A stretch of 64,000 nt of DNA from Candidatus Woesearchaeota archaeon (GCA_046704725.1 JBJKRI010000003.1:64001-128000); one strand, 5' to 3'; positions 9,038 to 18,919 are shown, numbered from the stretch's first letter. The notes: generated from the letters alone by a model not told the origin. A program made the numbers and translations.

Positions 9038-10747
9038 GTGGCTTTCGAGGCTTTCGGTCACCGCGCCCCCACCGGCCATGATCCGGTGGACCGTTTCCAC
9101 GAGCAGGTCGGGTCGGCGCAACTCTTCATTCTCGTCGTGATCACGGTGTTCACGTTCGGCTGGGACCTGTGGGTGAACAACTTCCGCCGTCTCGGGGGCT
9201 CGACCGCATCGAACATCGCGTTCTTCTTCATCTACCTGCTCGTCGGCATCATGCTCTACTGGTTCATCAATGGGAACCTCTCGAGCTGGGACCCCAAGAC
9301 ATTCTGGTTCATCGTGCGCCGGTTCGCTTTCGTGTTCTTCGTGCCGTACATCTTGCACGCCATCAGGCAGCCCTCGCTCACGGGTTACGCGAGCTTCCTC
9401 CCCGTTGTCGGGGCGTACCTGCTCGCTATGGTGACAAGCGCGTATCTTCCCTTGATCGTCATGTACTACGCCGGCTTCACGCACTACGTGCTCGACCAGG
9501 CGAGCCATCGCTGGAAGGCGGCGTACTACCTCAACAACCTCATTACGCTGTTCGTCATCCTGTTGATTTTCGTCCCGCTTTTCACCGCGCTCGCCTCCTC
9601 GCCGCAATTGCAGCGGTACGGTGTGTCGGGGGAGCAGGTGCCCGGTTTCTCGCAGATGTTCTCCGACTCCTGGCACTTCATCACAGGAACGTATCATAAG
9701 GTGGTCAGCGGCGTGCAGAACAAGGTGAACCAGACGCTCCAGCCGATCACGTACACCGGCACGGTCGAGCAGAACCAAGGAGCCCAATTGGGTGTCTTCA
9801 TCACTGACGTCAATCCGATCAAGGACGTCTTTGTCATCGACCAGGCGAAGGATGGCACGCGCAGCATCGGCCAGGACAAGAACGTGCAGTTCTTCGGCAC
9901 GGTGAAGGCCCGCACGCTCGCGAACGACTTCCCGCTGCAGCTGAGTTGCCTGTACACTTGGCAGGGCGGGAAGCAGCCCGTCACTGTCCCTGCGCAACCG
10001 TCGCACCTGACGGTGCCGTTCACAGGGAGCAATGGCCTTGAGCAGTTCCCGTTCAACTGCAGGATCCCCATGAGCTCGTTGCCGTACGCGGACGCGAACG
10101 GCCTGAGCGGCCAGTTCTGGGTGCGCGCCAATTTCTCCTTCGACACGTGGGGGTATGTCACCTTCACCTTCATGGACCGCCAGCAGATGACCGCCTTGCT
10201 CCGTGACGGGAAGGATCCCGCGACATACCTCGGGCTTCCTTCCAGCATGCCTATCGCGAAGTACACGCCCGGTCCCGTGTCGCTGGGTATGGCAACCATG
10301 TCGCAGCCTATCGGCGTGAATACGCAGGACCCCTCCTCGAACGTCTTGCCGAGCTTCGGAGTGACCTTGTCCAACGCGTGGGCCGGCCAGGGCAACATCA
10401 CGCATATCGCGCGAGTCATCCTCCAGGTGCCCGATCCCATGCAGCTCGACCCGAACAACTGCGCGGGACTCGACTTCAAGCACGTGGATGTCTATGCGCA
10501 GGCCGGGCCGACGCCGTACGGGAACGTCACGCCGGGGTACACCTGGTACGTGTTCGACGATGTGGGCACGCCGGGCGCCACCTATCTCACGATGACCTGT
10601 CCGCTCAAGCTGAAGGACGGGAAATCATGGTCATCCCTGCTCGGGCCCGACCTCTCGAGCCAGCAGTACACGCTGGTGGCGCGAACGACGTATGACTACC
10701 TCCTGCAGCGCACCGCGCCAGCGCAGTTCCGGGTGATGCCCAAATGA
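9038..10747 (+). CDS. Multi-pass membrane protein with large Ig-like extracellular C-terminal region
   Basis: About 5 N-terminal TM segments then a T/S/G/P-rich beta domain with paired Cys; GTG start; overlaps next gene (ATGA). Confidence 0.75.
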   Translation: MAFEAFGHRAPTGHDPVDRFHEQVGSAQLFILVVITVFTFGWDLWVNNFRRLGGSTASNIAFFFIYLLVGIMLYWFINGNLSSWDPKTFWFIVRRFAFVFFVPYILHAIRQPSLTGYASFLPVVGAYLLAMVTSAYLPLIVMYYAGFTHYVLDQASHRWKAAYYLNNLITLFVILLIFVPLFTALASSPQLQRYGVSGEQVPGFSQMFSDSWHFITGTYHKVVSGVQNKVNQTLQPITYTGTVEQNQGAQLGVFITDVNPIKDVFVIDQAKDGTRSIGQDKNVQFFGTVKARTLANDFPLQLSCLYTWQGGKQPVTVPAQPSHLTVPFTGSNGLEQFPFNCRIPMSSLPYADANGLSGQFWVRANFSFDTWGYVTFTFMDRQQMTALLRDGKDPATYLGLPSSMPIAKYTPGPVSLGMATMSQPIGVNTQDPSSNVLPSFGVTLSNAWAGQGNITHIARVILQVPDPMQLDPNNCAGLDFKHVDVYAQAGPTPYGNVTPGYTWYVFDDVGTPGATYLTMTCPLKLKDGKSWSSLLGPDLSSQQYTLVARTTYDYLLQRTAPAQFRVMPK

Positions 10748-11646
10748 GACGCACGCTCGTCCTCCTCATCGGGCTTCTCGTGCTCGCCGGCTGCGCGCAG
10801 CAGGCAAAGACGACGCCCTTCACGCTGACGGGCACCGACGGCGTCACGCTCACGAACGTCTACGCGCCCAAGAACGTCTACGCCGGCGAGGACTTCTCCT
10901 TGAGCTATGACCTCAAGAACGCAGGCATCACGAACATCACTTCGGACAATCCCGGCCATCTCATCGTCTCGTGGGACAAGCTCTACACGATCTACAATGG
11001 GAGCGTCTCCTCGTCGGGCGCCGACACCTTCACGCTGCGCGGGAAGGATCTCTATGAGGATGGGCAGACCTCCTACGTGACCCTGTACTTCACGGCGAAC
11101 CAGTTGCAGCGCAACAGCCAGCAGGTCACAACGCCGATCATGCTCACCGTCTGCTATCCCTACGCCTCGGACATCACGACGCAGGTCTGCATCGAGCAGA
11201 CCCAGCGCGTGGACCAGGGCGCCGTGGCCTGCACGCCCGCACCGGTCCATCCGGATTCCCCTGGCGCGCCCATCGGCGTCAAGGACGTGGAGGTCCGCAC
11301 CCAGCGGGTGCAGAGCGGCAACCAGTTGCTGCTCCTGCCGCAGTTCCGCATCACGCTCACCAATTATGACAATGGTATCCCGTCTATCGGCGCGTGCGAC
11401 GATCCGAACGCGCAGCTCAATGCCGCGCTCGTCTCGGCCACCCTCCTCAACCAGCAGCTCGACTGCGGGAGCGGCCTTGTGCATTTCACCAACGGCGACG
11501 CGTTCATCCTCTGCTCTGTCCCGCCGTCGCATCCCGTTTCCCGCGGCGTCGGGAACTTCATCAGCCTGCTCTCCATCCACGCGTCCTACACCTATCGCCA
11601 GAGCGACAAGACGGAGGTGACCATCCTCAACAATGGTCTCCAGTAA
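10744..11646 (+). CDS. Putative lipoprotein, Cys-patterned surface protein family
   Basis: MRRTLVLLIGLLVLAGC lipobox; CYPYASDITTQVCI and APIGV motifs. Confidence 0.8.
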   Translation: MRRTLVLLIGLLVLAGCAQQAKTTPFTLTGTDGVTLTNVYAPKNVYAGEDFSLSYDLKNAGITNITSDNPGHLIVSWDKLYTIYNGSVSSSGADTFTLRGKDLYEDGQTSYVTLYFTANQLQRNSQQVTTPIMLTVCYPYASDITTQVCIEQTQRVDQGAVACTPAPVHPDSPGAPIGVKDVEVRTQRVQSGNQLLLLPQFRITLTNYDNGIPSIGACDDPNAQLNAALVSATLLNQQLDCGSGLVHFTNGDAFILCSVPPSHPVSRGVGNFISLLSIHASYTYRQSDKTEVTILNNGLQ

Positions 11647-11677
11647 GGGTTTTATAGCGGCGTCGCGCCAAGCGCTC

Positions 11678-13075
11678 ATGCGTCCCTCACTGTTCGCCCT
11701 CGCGGCGCTCCTCGTCCTCGCCGGCTGCTCGTCGGTATTGCCCACCGGAACGGGCTCTGGCTCGGGCGTCGGTGTCGTCACGACCATCGCGAACGCACCG
11801 TCCATCACCGACGCGTACTTCACCCTCAACTCGAAACCCGGTCAGACTCTCCCCCAACAGCTCCAGTCGTTGGGTCAGGGGGATCCCGTCCATCTCTTCG
11901 ACATGAACCTCGTCGTCCACGACGAGGGATACGCCGATTCTCTCACCGCGCTGTATATCTCCGGGTACGACCCGAGCCTTTTCGCCGTCGTGCCGCTCGG
12001 TCCGTACCTCGCGCAGAGCAAGACGCGTTACTGTTATCGTGACGTCACCCTCGAGTCCGACAGCACGTGGAGCGCGAATGTCTTGTGCGAGGCTGGTGAC
12101 CAGGTCTATCTCGGCGGCGGCTACACGTCCGGCTCGAACGGCGGTTTCTCCGTGAGCGCGTACAATGCGAACGTGGCCAAGTATCTCGATTCCCTCGTCT
12201 CCCTCATCAAGGGCGGGCAGACCTCCGTCTTCGAGAAGTATGGCTTGTTCCAGAACATGAGCGTGACCTGTTCGGCGCCTACGTCGGGTTCCTCGCAGTA
12301 CCAGAAGGGCTGCCGCATCAGCAGCCCCCTCGGTGCGTTCTACTATAACCGCGCCTCCCAGGGCGCCTTGGCCCTGGCCTTGTACGGCGATTCCGTGCGT
12401 AACTGCCAGAACGGCTGCATCCTCGTGCCGAGCCCGCGGCTTCCCGACCAGTTCTTGTCGGGCAACACCGCGCAGTATCCTGGCGGCGAGGCGGCCAATG
12501 TGGATCTTGGCGTCTACATGGACCGTTCGCGTTGGCCCGCGAACCTCAATGACCATCAGCAGCTCTTCCAGGTCACCGCTTGCTCCTTGTACACCACGTA
12601 TGCTACGCCGACGGTCTGCATCGACCCGAACCCCGCCACGAGTGATGGCGAGGTCTGCAGGCCGGGCATCCTGAAGATGCAGTCCCAGCCCGCGCCGGTC
12701 TCTATCACGAGCATCGACGAGGTCAATCAGGGCCCGCGCGTGATGTTCACCATCCACGTCAAGAACGAGGGCTCGGGCACGGTCTTCGACCCTGGCAGCA
12801 TCGATTATTGCGCGCCGTCCGCGCCGGATTCCATGGCCAGCCAGCGCCGCAACGAGGCCAAGATCGTCGACGCGCGCGTGCTCGGTTCGCTCAAGGCCAT
12901 GGATTGCCGTGACGGTATCATCCATTTCGTGAACGGCCAGGGCCAGGTGACGTGCTTCTATGACTTGCCGCCCGAGAGCATCGGCCGCCCTGCTTACCAG
13001 ACCACCGTCAGCTTCGAGATCGCCTACATCTATAGGAATATCCAGACGGTGGAGACGACGATCCACCGGACATGA
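11678..13075 (+). CDS. Putative lipoprotein, Cys-patterned surface protein family
   Basis: MRPSLFALAALLVLAGC lipobox; CSLYTTYATPTVCI and APVSI motifs; TTTTATA box ~25 nt upstream. Confidence 0.8.
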   Translation: MRPSLFALAALLVLAGCSSVLPTGTGSGSGVGVVTTIANAPSITDAYFTLNSKPGQTLPQQLQSLGQGDPVHLFDMNLVVHDEGYADSLTALYISGYDPSLFAVVPLGPYLAQSKTRYCYRDVTLESDSTWSANVLCEAGDQVYLGGGYTSGSNGGFSVSAYNANVAKYLDSLVSLIKGGQTSVFEKYGLFQNMSVTCSAPTSGSSQYQKGCRISSPLGAFYYNRASQGALALALYGDSVRNCQNGCILVPSPRLPDQFLSGNTAQYPGGEAANVDLGVYMDRSRWPANLNDHQQLFQVTACSLYTTYATPTVCIDPNPATSDGEVCRPGILKMQSQPAPVSITSIDEVNQGPRVMFTIHVKNEGSGTVFDPGSIDYCAPSAPDSMASQRRNEAKIVDARVLGSLKAMDCRDGIIHFVNGQGQVTCFYDLPPESIGRPAYQTTVSFEIAYIYRNIQTVETTIHRT

Positions 13076-13133
13076 GTTCTCTTCACTATGGAAGATAAAA
13101 AGGATTAAATACTTTTACCACCATACAGTGAGT

Positions 13134-13706
13134 ATGTTTCGTACCTCCATGGTGCTGTTGGCGCTGACGCTCGCGTGCATCCCGCTCGTGAGCGCCAGTC
13201 CCATCCTGCAATACACCGGCTATGGCCCCGGCCTGTTCGGTATCGGGGACTACAACGCCCTCAGCGTGCAAGGCAACGGCTACAGCACGGGCTTCTACAC
13301 CTCACCAGACAACGCTTATGTCTACAGCACGAGCACGGGACCCGGGCTCAATTATGGCGTGAGCTTCTCGCGCAACTACTACACCCAGTACAACACCTAC
13401 CCTGACCAGAACATGAACTACCGCACGATCGGTTACGGCAACTGGCAGCTCCAGAGCGCCTCGGTGAGCTGCGCTGACTGCGGCTATAACGCCTACATGG
13501 GCTTCAACCCGTACACCCGGACCTACGGCATCGACGCGCAGATCGGCGGCTACCCCAACTCTTACGGACCGGGCTACCTAGGCTACACCCAGAACCTCGG
13601 CCAGGGATTGTACGACACGGGCATGAGCGCCTACGGTTGGACCCAGCCCTACTACCCCTCCACCCCGAGCGCCTACACCGGCTGGGGATCGAGCTACTAT
13701 TCGTGA
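13134..13706 (+). CDS. Secreted Tyr/Gly/Asn/Ser-rich low-complexity protein
   Basis: Signal peptide MFRTSMVLLALTLACIPLVSA; mature region rich in Y, G, N, S, T; strong TAC/GGC codon bias; AAAAGGATTAAATA promoter-like box upstream. Confidence 0.75.
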   Translation: MFRTSMVLLALTLACIPLVSASPILQYTGYGPGLFGIGDYNALSVQGNGYSTGFYTSPDNAYVYSTSTGPGLNYGVSFSRNYYTQYNTYPDQNMNYRTIGYGNWQLQSASVSCADCGYNAYMGFNPYTRTYGIDAQIGGYPNSYGPGYLGYTQNLGQGLYDTGMSAYGWTQPYYPSTPSAYTGWGSSYYS

Positions 13707-13775
13707 AGCGTACCACTGTGGGATGCTCGCGCGCCTGACGCAACATTTAAAAAGCGCTTTTCCCGGTTCTCAGGC

Positions 13776-14804
13776 ATGAGGCGCGCCCTTCTGGCCATCC
13801 TTGCCATCGCACTCGTCGCGTTGGCAGGCTGCAGCACACAAAAGCCGCAGACCCCGAACCTGGCGCAGCCATTCATCGGCGGCACGGGGTCCCTCGCGAT
13901 CAGCTATCCGCCCGGTATGCCGCCGAAAGAGATCTTCGACGCGGGCCAGACCAAGTTCAGCATCGGCGTGCTCATGGAGAACGTCGGCGAGAGCGCTGTC
14001 GGCGTCAACACTCCCAATCCCTACGGCTATGTCGAGCTCATCGGCATCAATCCCCAGCAGTTCGGCAAGAACCCATCGGACATGCGCATATACTTCGACC
14101 AGGCAAATCTCCAGCTCAAGCCCGCACGCCGCGGCTATGACGGCAGCGTCGTGCCGGGCGACTCGGGCATGATCGAGTTCAGCGGATTGTCCTATCTCCC
14201 GAACCGCTTCGGCAACACGAACGTCACCGTGCGCGCCAACGCCTGCTACGAGTACCACACCTACGCCGACGCGCAGGTCTGCATCAAGGACAACGTGCTG
14301 GAGAATCCCACCGACGCGACCATCTGCGTCCTCAACGGGGCAAAGCAGGTCTCGAGCAGCAGCGGTCCCGTCCAAGTCACTGGCCTGACGGAGAACCCCG
14401 CCGGCTCGAACAAGATCCAGGTCACCTTCACCGTCGACAATGTCGGCAAGGGCATGGTATTCCTGCCGCCCACCCAGCAGGGCATCAGCTCGCACGGCGA
14501 CGCCTGCGTCGAGAGCGCCGGCGCCAATCCGTACCAGAACGCGGCCCTCGCGAAGGTCAGCCTCAACGGCATGGTCGTCAACTGCCCGCTCTTCGGTGGC
14601 GGCTCGCAAGGCATCGTGCACATGTACCAGGGCTCGCCAGCGACCATCTCGTGCACCATCACGACCGACCCGACGGCCGGCCGTATCTACACGGATAGCC
14701 TGCAGATCACGCTCGACTACACCTACCTGGAGTGGATAGACACGCCGATCCTCGTGCGTGACACGAACGTCGGCTTCACCGAGCCCGGCACGCAGACGCA
14801 GTAG
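13776..14804 (+). CDS. Putative lipoprotein, Cys-patterned surface protein family
   Basis: MRRALLAILAIALVALAGC lipobox; CYEYHTYADAQVCI and GPVQV motifs; TTTAAAAA box upstream. Confidence 0.8.
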   Translation: MRRALLAILAIALVALAGCSTQKPQTPNLAQPFIGGTGSLAISYPPGMPPKEIFDAGQTKFSIGVLMENVGESAVGVNTPNPYGYVELIGINPQQFGKNPSDMRIYFDQANLQLKPARRGYDGSVVPGDSGMIEFSGLSYLPNRFGNTNVTVRANACYEYHTYADAQVCIKDNVLENPTDATICVLNGAKQVSSSSGPVQVTGLTENPAGSNKIQVTFTVDNVGKGMVFLPPTQQGISSHGDACVESAGANPYQNAALAKVSLNGMVVNCPLFGGGSQGIVHMYQGSPATISCTITTDPTAGRIYTDSLQITLDYTYLEWIDTPILVRDTNVGFTEPGTQTQ

Positions 14805-14806
14805 CT

Positions 14807-15757
14807 CTACTTCAGCATGAACTGCGCGAGCAACGCTTCGAGCTGGACGAATTCGTCGGAGCCCTCGACCATGCGGAACTCGGCTTCGCCGCAGGCGTTC
14901 ACCAGTGCGAGCTTGCGATCGTCCGGCAACTCCAGGTCCCAGACGGTGCGTTGTACCTGCGAGACGACGTCGAGCCCGGACATACCGTAGTCGAGCATCG
15001 TCTTGAGCAGCGTGTCGCGCGCTTTGAGAAAGTCCCCCTTGCCCGCGAGCTCGAGCACTTCTTTGAGCTCTGCCGGCCGCGCTATAGAAGCCATCTGGTA
15101 CACGCCTTTCTCGGTGACGGTGTCGCTCGTCACCGCCACGGACTGCATGATGTTCTCCAAGCGTCGTACGTCGCCGTGCGACACCGTGCACAGCGCTTCT
15201 TTCGCGTCCTTGTCGACACTGAGCTTCTCCTTCTTCGCTATCGCGTCGATGATGCCGAGGATGTCCTCTTTCGGCAACGGCTTGAACTTGAAGACCGCGC
15301 ACCGGCTCTGGATGGGGTCGATGATCTTCGAGGAGTAGTTGCACGACAGGATGAACCGGCACGACGAGGTGTAGTTCTCCATCGTCCTTCGCAATGCCTG
15401 CTGCGCTTCCCGCGTCAGTGCGTCGGCTTCGTCGAGATAGATGATCTTGAACGGCACGTCGCTCATGCTCCGTGTCCGCGCGAAGTCCTTGATGGTGTTT
15501 CGCACGACGTCGATGCCGCGCTCGTCCGAAGCGTTCAGCTCCAATGTCGAGTCGCGCCAGTTCTCGCCGAACAATTGCCTCGCGACGACCAATGCGAGCG
15601 TCGTCTTGCCAACGCCTGCAGGCCCGACAAAGAGCAGATGGGGCATGTTCTTGGCCTCCACGAACGCCTTGACGCGGGCGACGATGTCTTGTTGCCCGCG
15701 CATCTCCGAGAAGTCCTTGGGGCGGTATTTCTCGGTCCAGATGAGCTCGTGCTCCAT
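14807..15757 (-). CDS. rfcS: Replication factor C small subunit
   Basis: WTEKYRP, GPAGVGKTT, ELNASDERGIDVVR, DEADALT, QSRC. Confidence 0.97.
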   Translation of the reverse strand: MEHELIWTEKYRPKDFSEMRGQQDIVARVKAFVEAKNMPHLLFVGPAGVGKTTLALVVARQLFGENWRDSTLELNASDERGIDVVRNTIKDFARTRSMSDVPFKIIYLDEADALTREAQQALRRTMENYTSSCRFILSCNYSSKIIDPIQSRCAVFKFKPLPKEDILGIIDAIAKKEKLSVDKDAKEALCTVSHGDVRRLENIMQSVAVTSDTVTEKGVYQMASIARPAELKEVLELAGKGDFLKARDTLLKTMLDYGMSGLDVVSQVQRTVWDLELPDDRKLALVNACGEAEFRMVEGSDEFVQLEALLAQFMLK

Positions 15758-15812
15758 ACCGGTGCGAACGGAGCGGCCCTATAAAAAGGGTTCTATGGCG
15801 TTTCCGGTGGTT

Positions 15813-16130
15813 CTACGCCACGCACGCGCCCTGGCTGCAGCCGTTCTTGCAGGTCTTGACCAAGCGCTCGGTCTGCTGCGCGTCGCAACGCGACGTGCAC
15901 GTCCCTTTCTGTCCCGTGCAGACGTTCGCGTAGTAGCCGCGCCAGACGTTGCCGTCCTTGCAGTACGCGCTGCCGTAGAATCCTGACGGTCCGCAGTCGC
16001 TGTTCGTCTTGCACGTGACCGCTGTTGTTCCGTCGCAGGCCGTGCCATGCGGCCACGCCAATGCCATGATGATAGCGACAGCGGCGAGGAGCACGACGAG
16101 TACCGCGAGATGGCTGATCGTGAATCGCAT
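15813..16130 (-). CDS. Small Cys-rich secreted/membrane-anchored protein
   Basis: N-terminal hydrophobic helix followed by 10 Cys, ending CKNGCSQGAC. Confidence 0.7.
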   Translation of the reverse strand: MRFTISHLAVLVVLLAAVAIIMALAWPHGTACDGTTAVTCKTNSDCGPSGFYGSAYCKDGNVWRGYYANVCTGQKGTCTSRCDAQQTERLVKTCKNGCSQGACVA

Positions 16131-16136
16131 GAGAAC

Positions 16137-16418
16137 CTAGATGATGTCTTCTTCGGCCACGACGAGGAAGTCTCCCATCGCGATGACCGCGGAGAACGGG
16201 ATGAGCAGGTCGCCTTCGCGCGAGCGCTCGAGATCCATGCGCTCGGTATAGGTGGTCGGGTTCGACAATACCAGGTGGATGAGCTCTCCGGAGCGGGTCT
16301 CGAAGACGATGTCGCCGACCTCGCCGAAGCGCTTGCCGGTCTTGCTCACGACGGTCTTGCCGAGAAGCTGCTTGGAGAAGCGCTTCTCATCTCCATCTCC
16401 TGTCTTGACGTCTACCAT
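16137..16418 (-). CDS. PRC-barrel domain protein (CdpB2-like)
   Basis: LLGKTVVSKTGKRFGEVGDIVF...LLIPFSAVIAMGDFLVV PRC-barrel pattern. Confidence 0.85.
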   Translation of the reverse strand: MVDVKTGDGDEKRFSKQLLGKTVVSKTGKRFGEVGDIVFETRSGELIHLVLSNPTTYTERMDLERSREGDLLIPFSAVIAMGDFLVVAEEDII

Positions 16419-16557
16419 CCACTTCGAATGGCAACACCGGATATTTAAAGGTTATGTTCGGGTGCCGGGCAGTCGACCATCGGGGTCTTGTGGCTTCTCT
16501 TATTGAGATATAGTTCAAAATAGTTAACCTTTTCTAGTTAACTAACTATCTATTGCT

Positions 16558-17817
16558 GTGGATGTCATAAGGGATATTTGGGAGCTGTATGGAGTGCGCA
16601 GCGACCCTTTTTCAACATCCCCCATTTTGGTGAAGGGAGGAAATATTCCTCCAGATTGTTTTGTAGGTCGTGAGGATGCTATCCGAAGGCTTGGTAAAAT
16701 CATTGGATCCTCGGGGGGATCGAGAACATTGGTATTTGGGGAGACTGGCGTCGGGAAGACCACTTTTGTCAATATTGTCAGGCGGCAGGCAGTGCTAAAC
16801 GGGTATTTTAGTCCATTTAAAGAAATCGCAGTTCAAAGTGACTGGTCTCCTGCTGATTTCATTATGAACACTCTTGCAGCAATCTCTGCAAGCATGCGGG
16901 TGATGGAGCAAAGGCCCATCAGCGACAATACTTGGAACAAACTGGAATCATTGGTTGAACTGAGTTTTTCTGACGGGTCGTTCGGTATTGATGTTGCAGG
17001 TTTTGGAGGGAGTTTTTCGAGGGATAGAAAATCTGGTCGAGCGACGAATCAGCAACTCATGAATTTTCTCAGCGATTTGGTACAGGAAATTCGACAAGAA
17101 ACAGGGCATGACGTTATTGTTCACTATAACAATCTTGAACTATTGGATGAGCGCGATATCAGACGGCTGTTCGAGAATTTGCGAGACTTCTTCCAAACTC
17201 CTAATGTGCACTTCGTTTTTGTAGGAAACCTGTCTGTGAAAGGATACATGCAGAGTATTACTCGTTTTGCGTCAACGATGACAGATACACCCATTCATAT
17301 TGAGACTCTGAATCTTGATGAAATGAAGGAGATTTTAACACGAAGGTTCAATACTCTTCAAATTCCAGGATTGCGGCACGTGCTTCCATATACTCCTGAT
17401 TGTCTTGAAGCACTATTCGATCTCTGGGGTGGTAATGTTCGAAACATCCTGAATAGTCTCTCCACAGCAGTACAAGAACTTACAGAAGAAAAGCCTGTGT
17501 TGATTGATCGAAACTCCTTGGCTGTCACGCTGAACAGCGTTCTTGAAAAACGGTATTTCTCGAAACTTACCCCTCGCCAGAGGGATGTATTGTTGGAGGT
17601 TGTCAAGCGAGAGGAAATCACCAATAAAGGATTATCTGAAATTCTCAAAATGCCTGCATCCCAAGTTTCGACTAACACCAAGGACCTTCTTGAAAAAGGT
17701 TGTATTTATGTAAGGAGGAAGTCCGGCAGAAATAAATTTTGGACGGCCGATTCAATATTAAAGTGGCATCTTCTGAAAGAATCCGATTCATCTCAGAAGA
17801 CGCTAACGCATTACTGA
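16558..17817 (+). CDS. AAA+/P-loop ATPase with C-terminal winged helix, AT-rich
   Basis: FVGRE, Walker A GETGVGKTT, GGNVRNIL, C-terminal LTPRQRDVL...LSEILKMPASQVSTNTKDLLEKG HTH; codon usage clearly AT-richer than neighbours. Confidence 0.85.
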   Translation: MDVIRDIWELYGVRSDPFSTSPILVKGGNIPPDCFVGREDAIRRLGKIIGSSGGSRTLVFGETGVGKTTFVNIVRRQAVLNGYFSPFKEIAVQSDWSPADFIMNTLAAISASMRVMEQRPISDNTWNKLESLVELSFSDGSFGIDVAGFGGSFSRDRKSGRATNQQLMNFLSDLVQEIRQETGHDVIVHYNNLELLDERDIRRLFENLRDFFQTPNVHFVFVGNLSVKGYMQSITRFASTMTDTPIHIETLNLDEMKEILTRRFNTLQIPGLRHVLPYTPDCLEALFDLWGGNVRNILNSLSTAVQELTEEKPVLIDRNSLAVTLNSVLEKRYFSKLTPRQRDVLLEVVKREEITNKGLSEILKMPASQVSTNTKDLLEKGCIYVRRKSGRNKFWTADSILKWHLLKESDSSQKTLTHY

Positions 17818-17857
17818 TTCCGCCATCTTCATAAGGCAGCGCTTCCCACACCAGTCC

Positions 17858-18868
17858 ATGACGCCAGACGAACGCTACGCGCTGATCGCGCGCAACACCG
17901 AGGAGATCGTCTCCGAAGACGAGCTCAAGGCGCTCCTGAAGGAGAAGCCGCATCCGCACGCGTATATCGGCTTCGCCTGCACGGGCCGCATGCACATCGG
18001 CTACTTCGTGCCCATCCAGAAGCTCGTGGATTTGCTCAAGGCGGGCTGTGCCGTCACGTTCCTCATCGCCGACCTCCACGGCTATCTCGACGATACCAAG
18101 ACGCCCTGGGAGCTCTTGGACGCGCGCGTCGCCTATTACACGGCCGGCGTGAAGGGTATCCTCGCGGCATTGGACGCGCCCGTGGACAAGGTCAAGTTCG
18201 TGCGGGGAAGCGATTTCGAGCTCGACGGAAAGTACATGCAGTCCGTGCTCCGCATGGCCGGCGACGTCACGCTCAACCGTGCCAAGCGGGCGGCCTCCGA
18301 GGTCGTGCGTTTCAAGGACGACCCCAAGCTCGGCGGTTTCGTCTATCCCCTCCTCCAGATCGAGGACGTCTACGCGTTGAAGGCGGACATCGCCTTCTCG
18401 GGCATCGACCAGCGCGGCATCTACATGCTCGGCCGCGACCTCGCTCCGCGCATGGATCGGGACAAGTACGTCTGCGTCTTCACGCCGCTCATACCGGGAC
18501 TCACAGGCCAGAAGATGTCGGCTTCCGAGCCGGCTTCCAAGATAGACTTGCTCGATGACGCGAAGACCGTCACGCGAAAGGTCAACAAGGCCCATTGCCC
18601 TGCGAAGGAGAAGGAGGGCAATGGCGTGCTCGCCTTCTGCGAGTATGCGTTGTTCCCGCACTTCGACGGCAGGCCGCTGCGTATCGAGCGTCCCGAGAAG
18701 TTCGGCGGCAACGTCGATTTCGTCTCCTACGCAGAGCTGGAGAAGGCGTTCTTATCCGGAGAGCTCCATCCCGCCGACCTCAAGGCCGCTGTCGCAAGAG
18801 AGCTCAATGCCTTGCTCGCTGTCGTGCAGCAGCACATCCCTCCTGACCTGGTCGACAAGGCGTATTAG
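17858..18868 (+). CDS. tyrS: Tyrosyl-tRNA synthetase (archaeal type)
   Basis: AYIGFACTGRMHIGY, YPLLQIED, GIDQR, KMSAS, ELHPADLK. Confidence 0.96.
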   Translation: MTPDERYALIARNTEEIVSEDELKALLKEKPHPHAYIGFACTGRMHIGYFVPIQKLVDLLKAGCAVTFLIADLHGYLDDTKTPWELLDARVAYYTAGVKGILAALDAPVDKVKFVRGSDFELDGKYMQSVLRMAGDVTLNRAKRAASEVVRFKDDPKLGGFVYPLLQIEDVYALKADIAFSGIDQRGIYMLGRDLAPRMDRDKYVCVFTPLIPGLTGQKMSASEPASKIDLLDDAKTVTRKVNKAHCPAKEKEGNGVLAFCEYALFPHFDGRPLRIERPEKFGGNVDFVSYAELEKAFLSGELHPADLKAAVARELNALLAVVQQHIPPDLVDKAY

Positions 18869-18919
18869 TTTTTCGGCGCCTCCGAAAAGATTATAAACGT
18901 CCCGTTCCCCAAGAAGAAC

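Noticed and set aside
16558-17817. Cdc6/Orc1 initiator call
   Set aside because: No Cdc6-type Walker B DE(I/V)D or N-terminal signature; foreign composition
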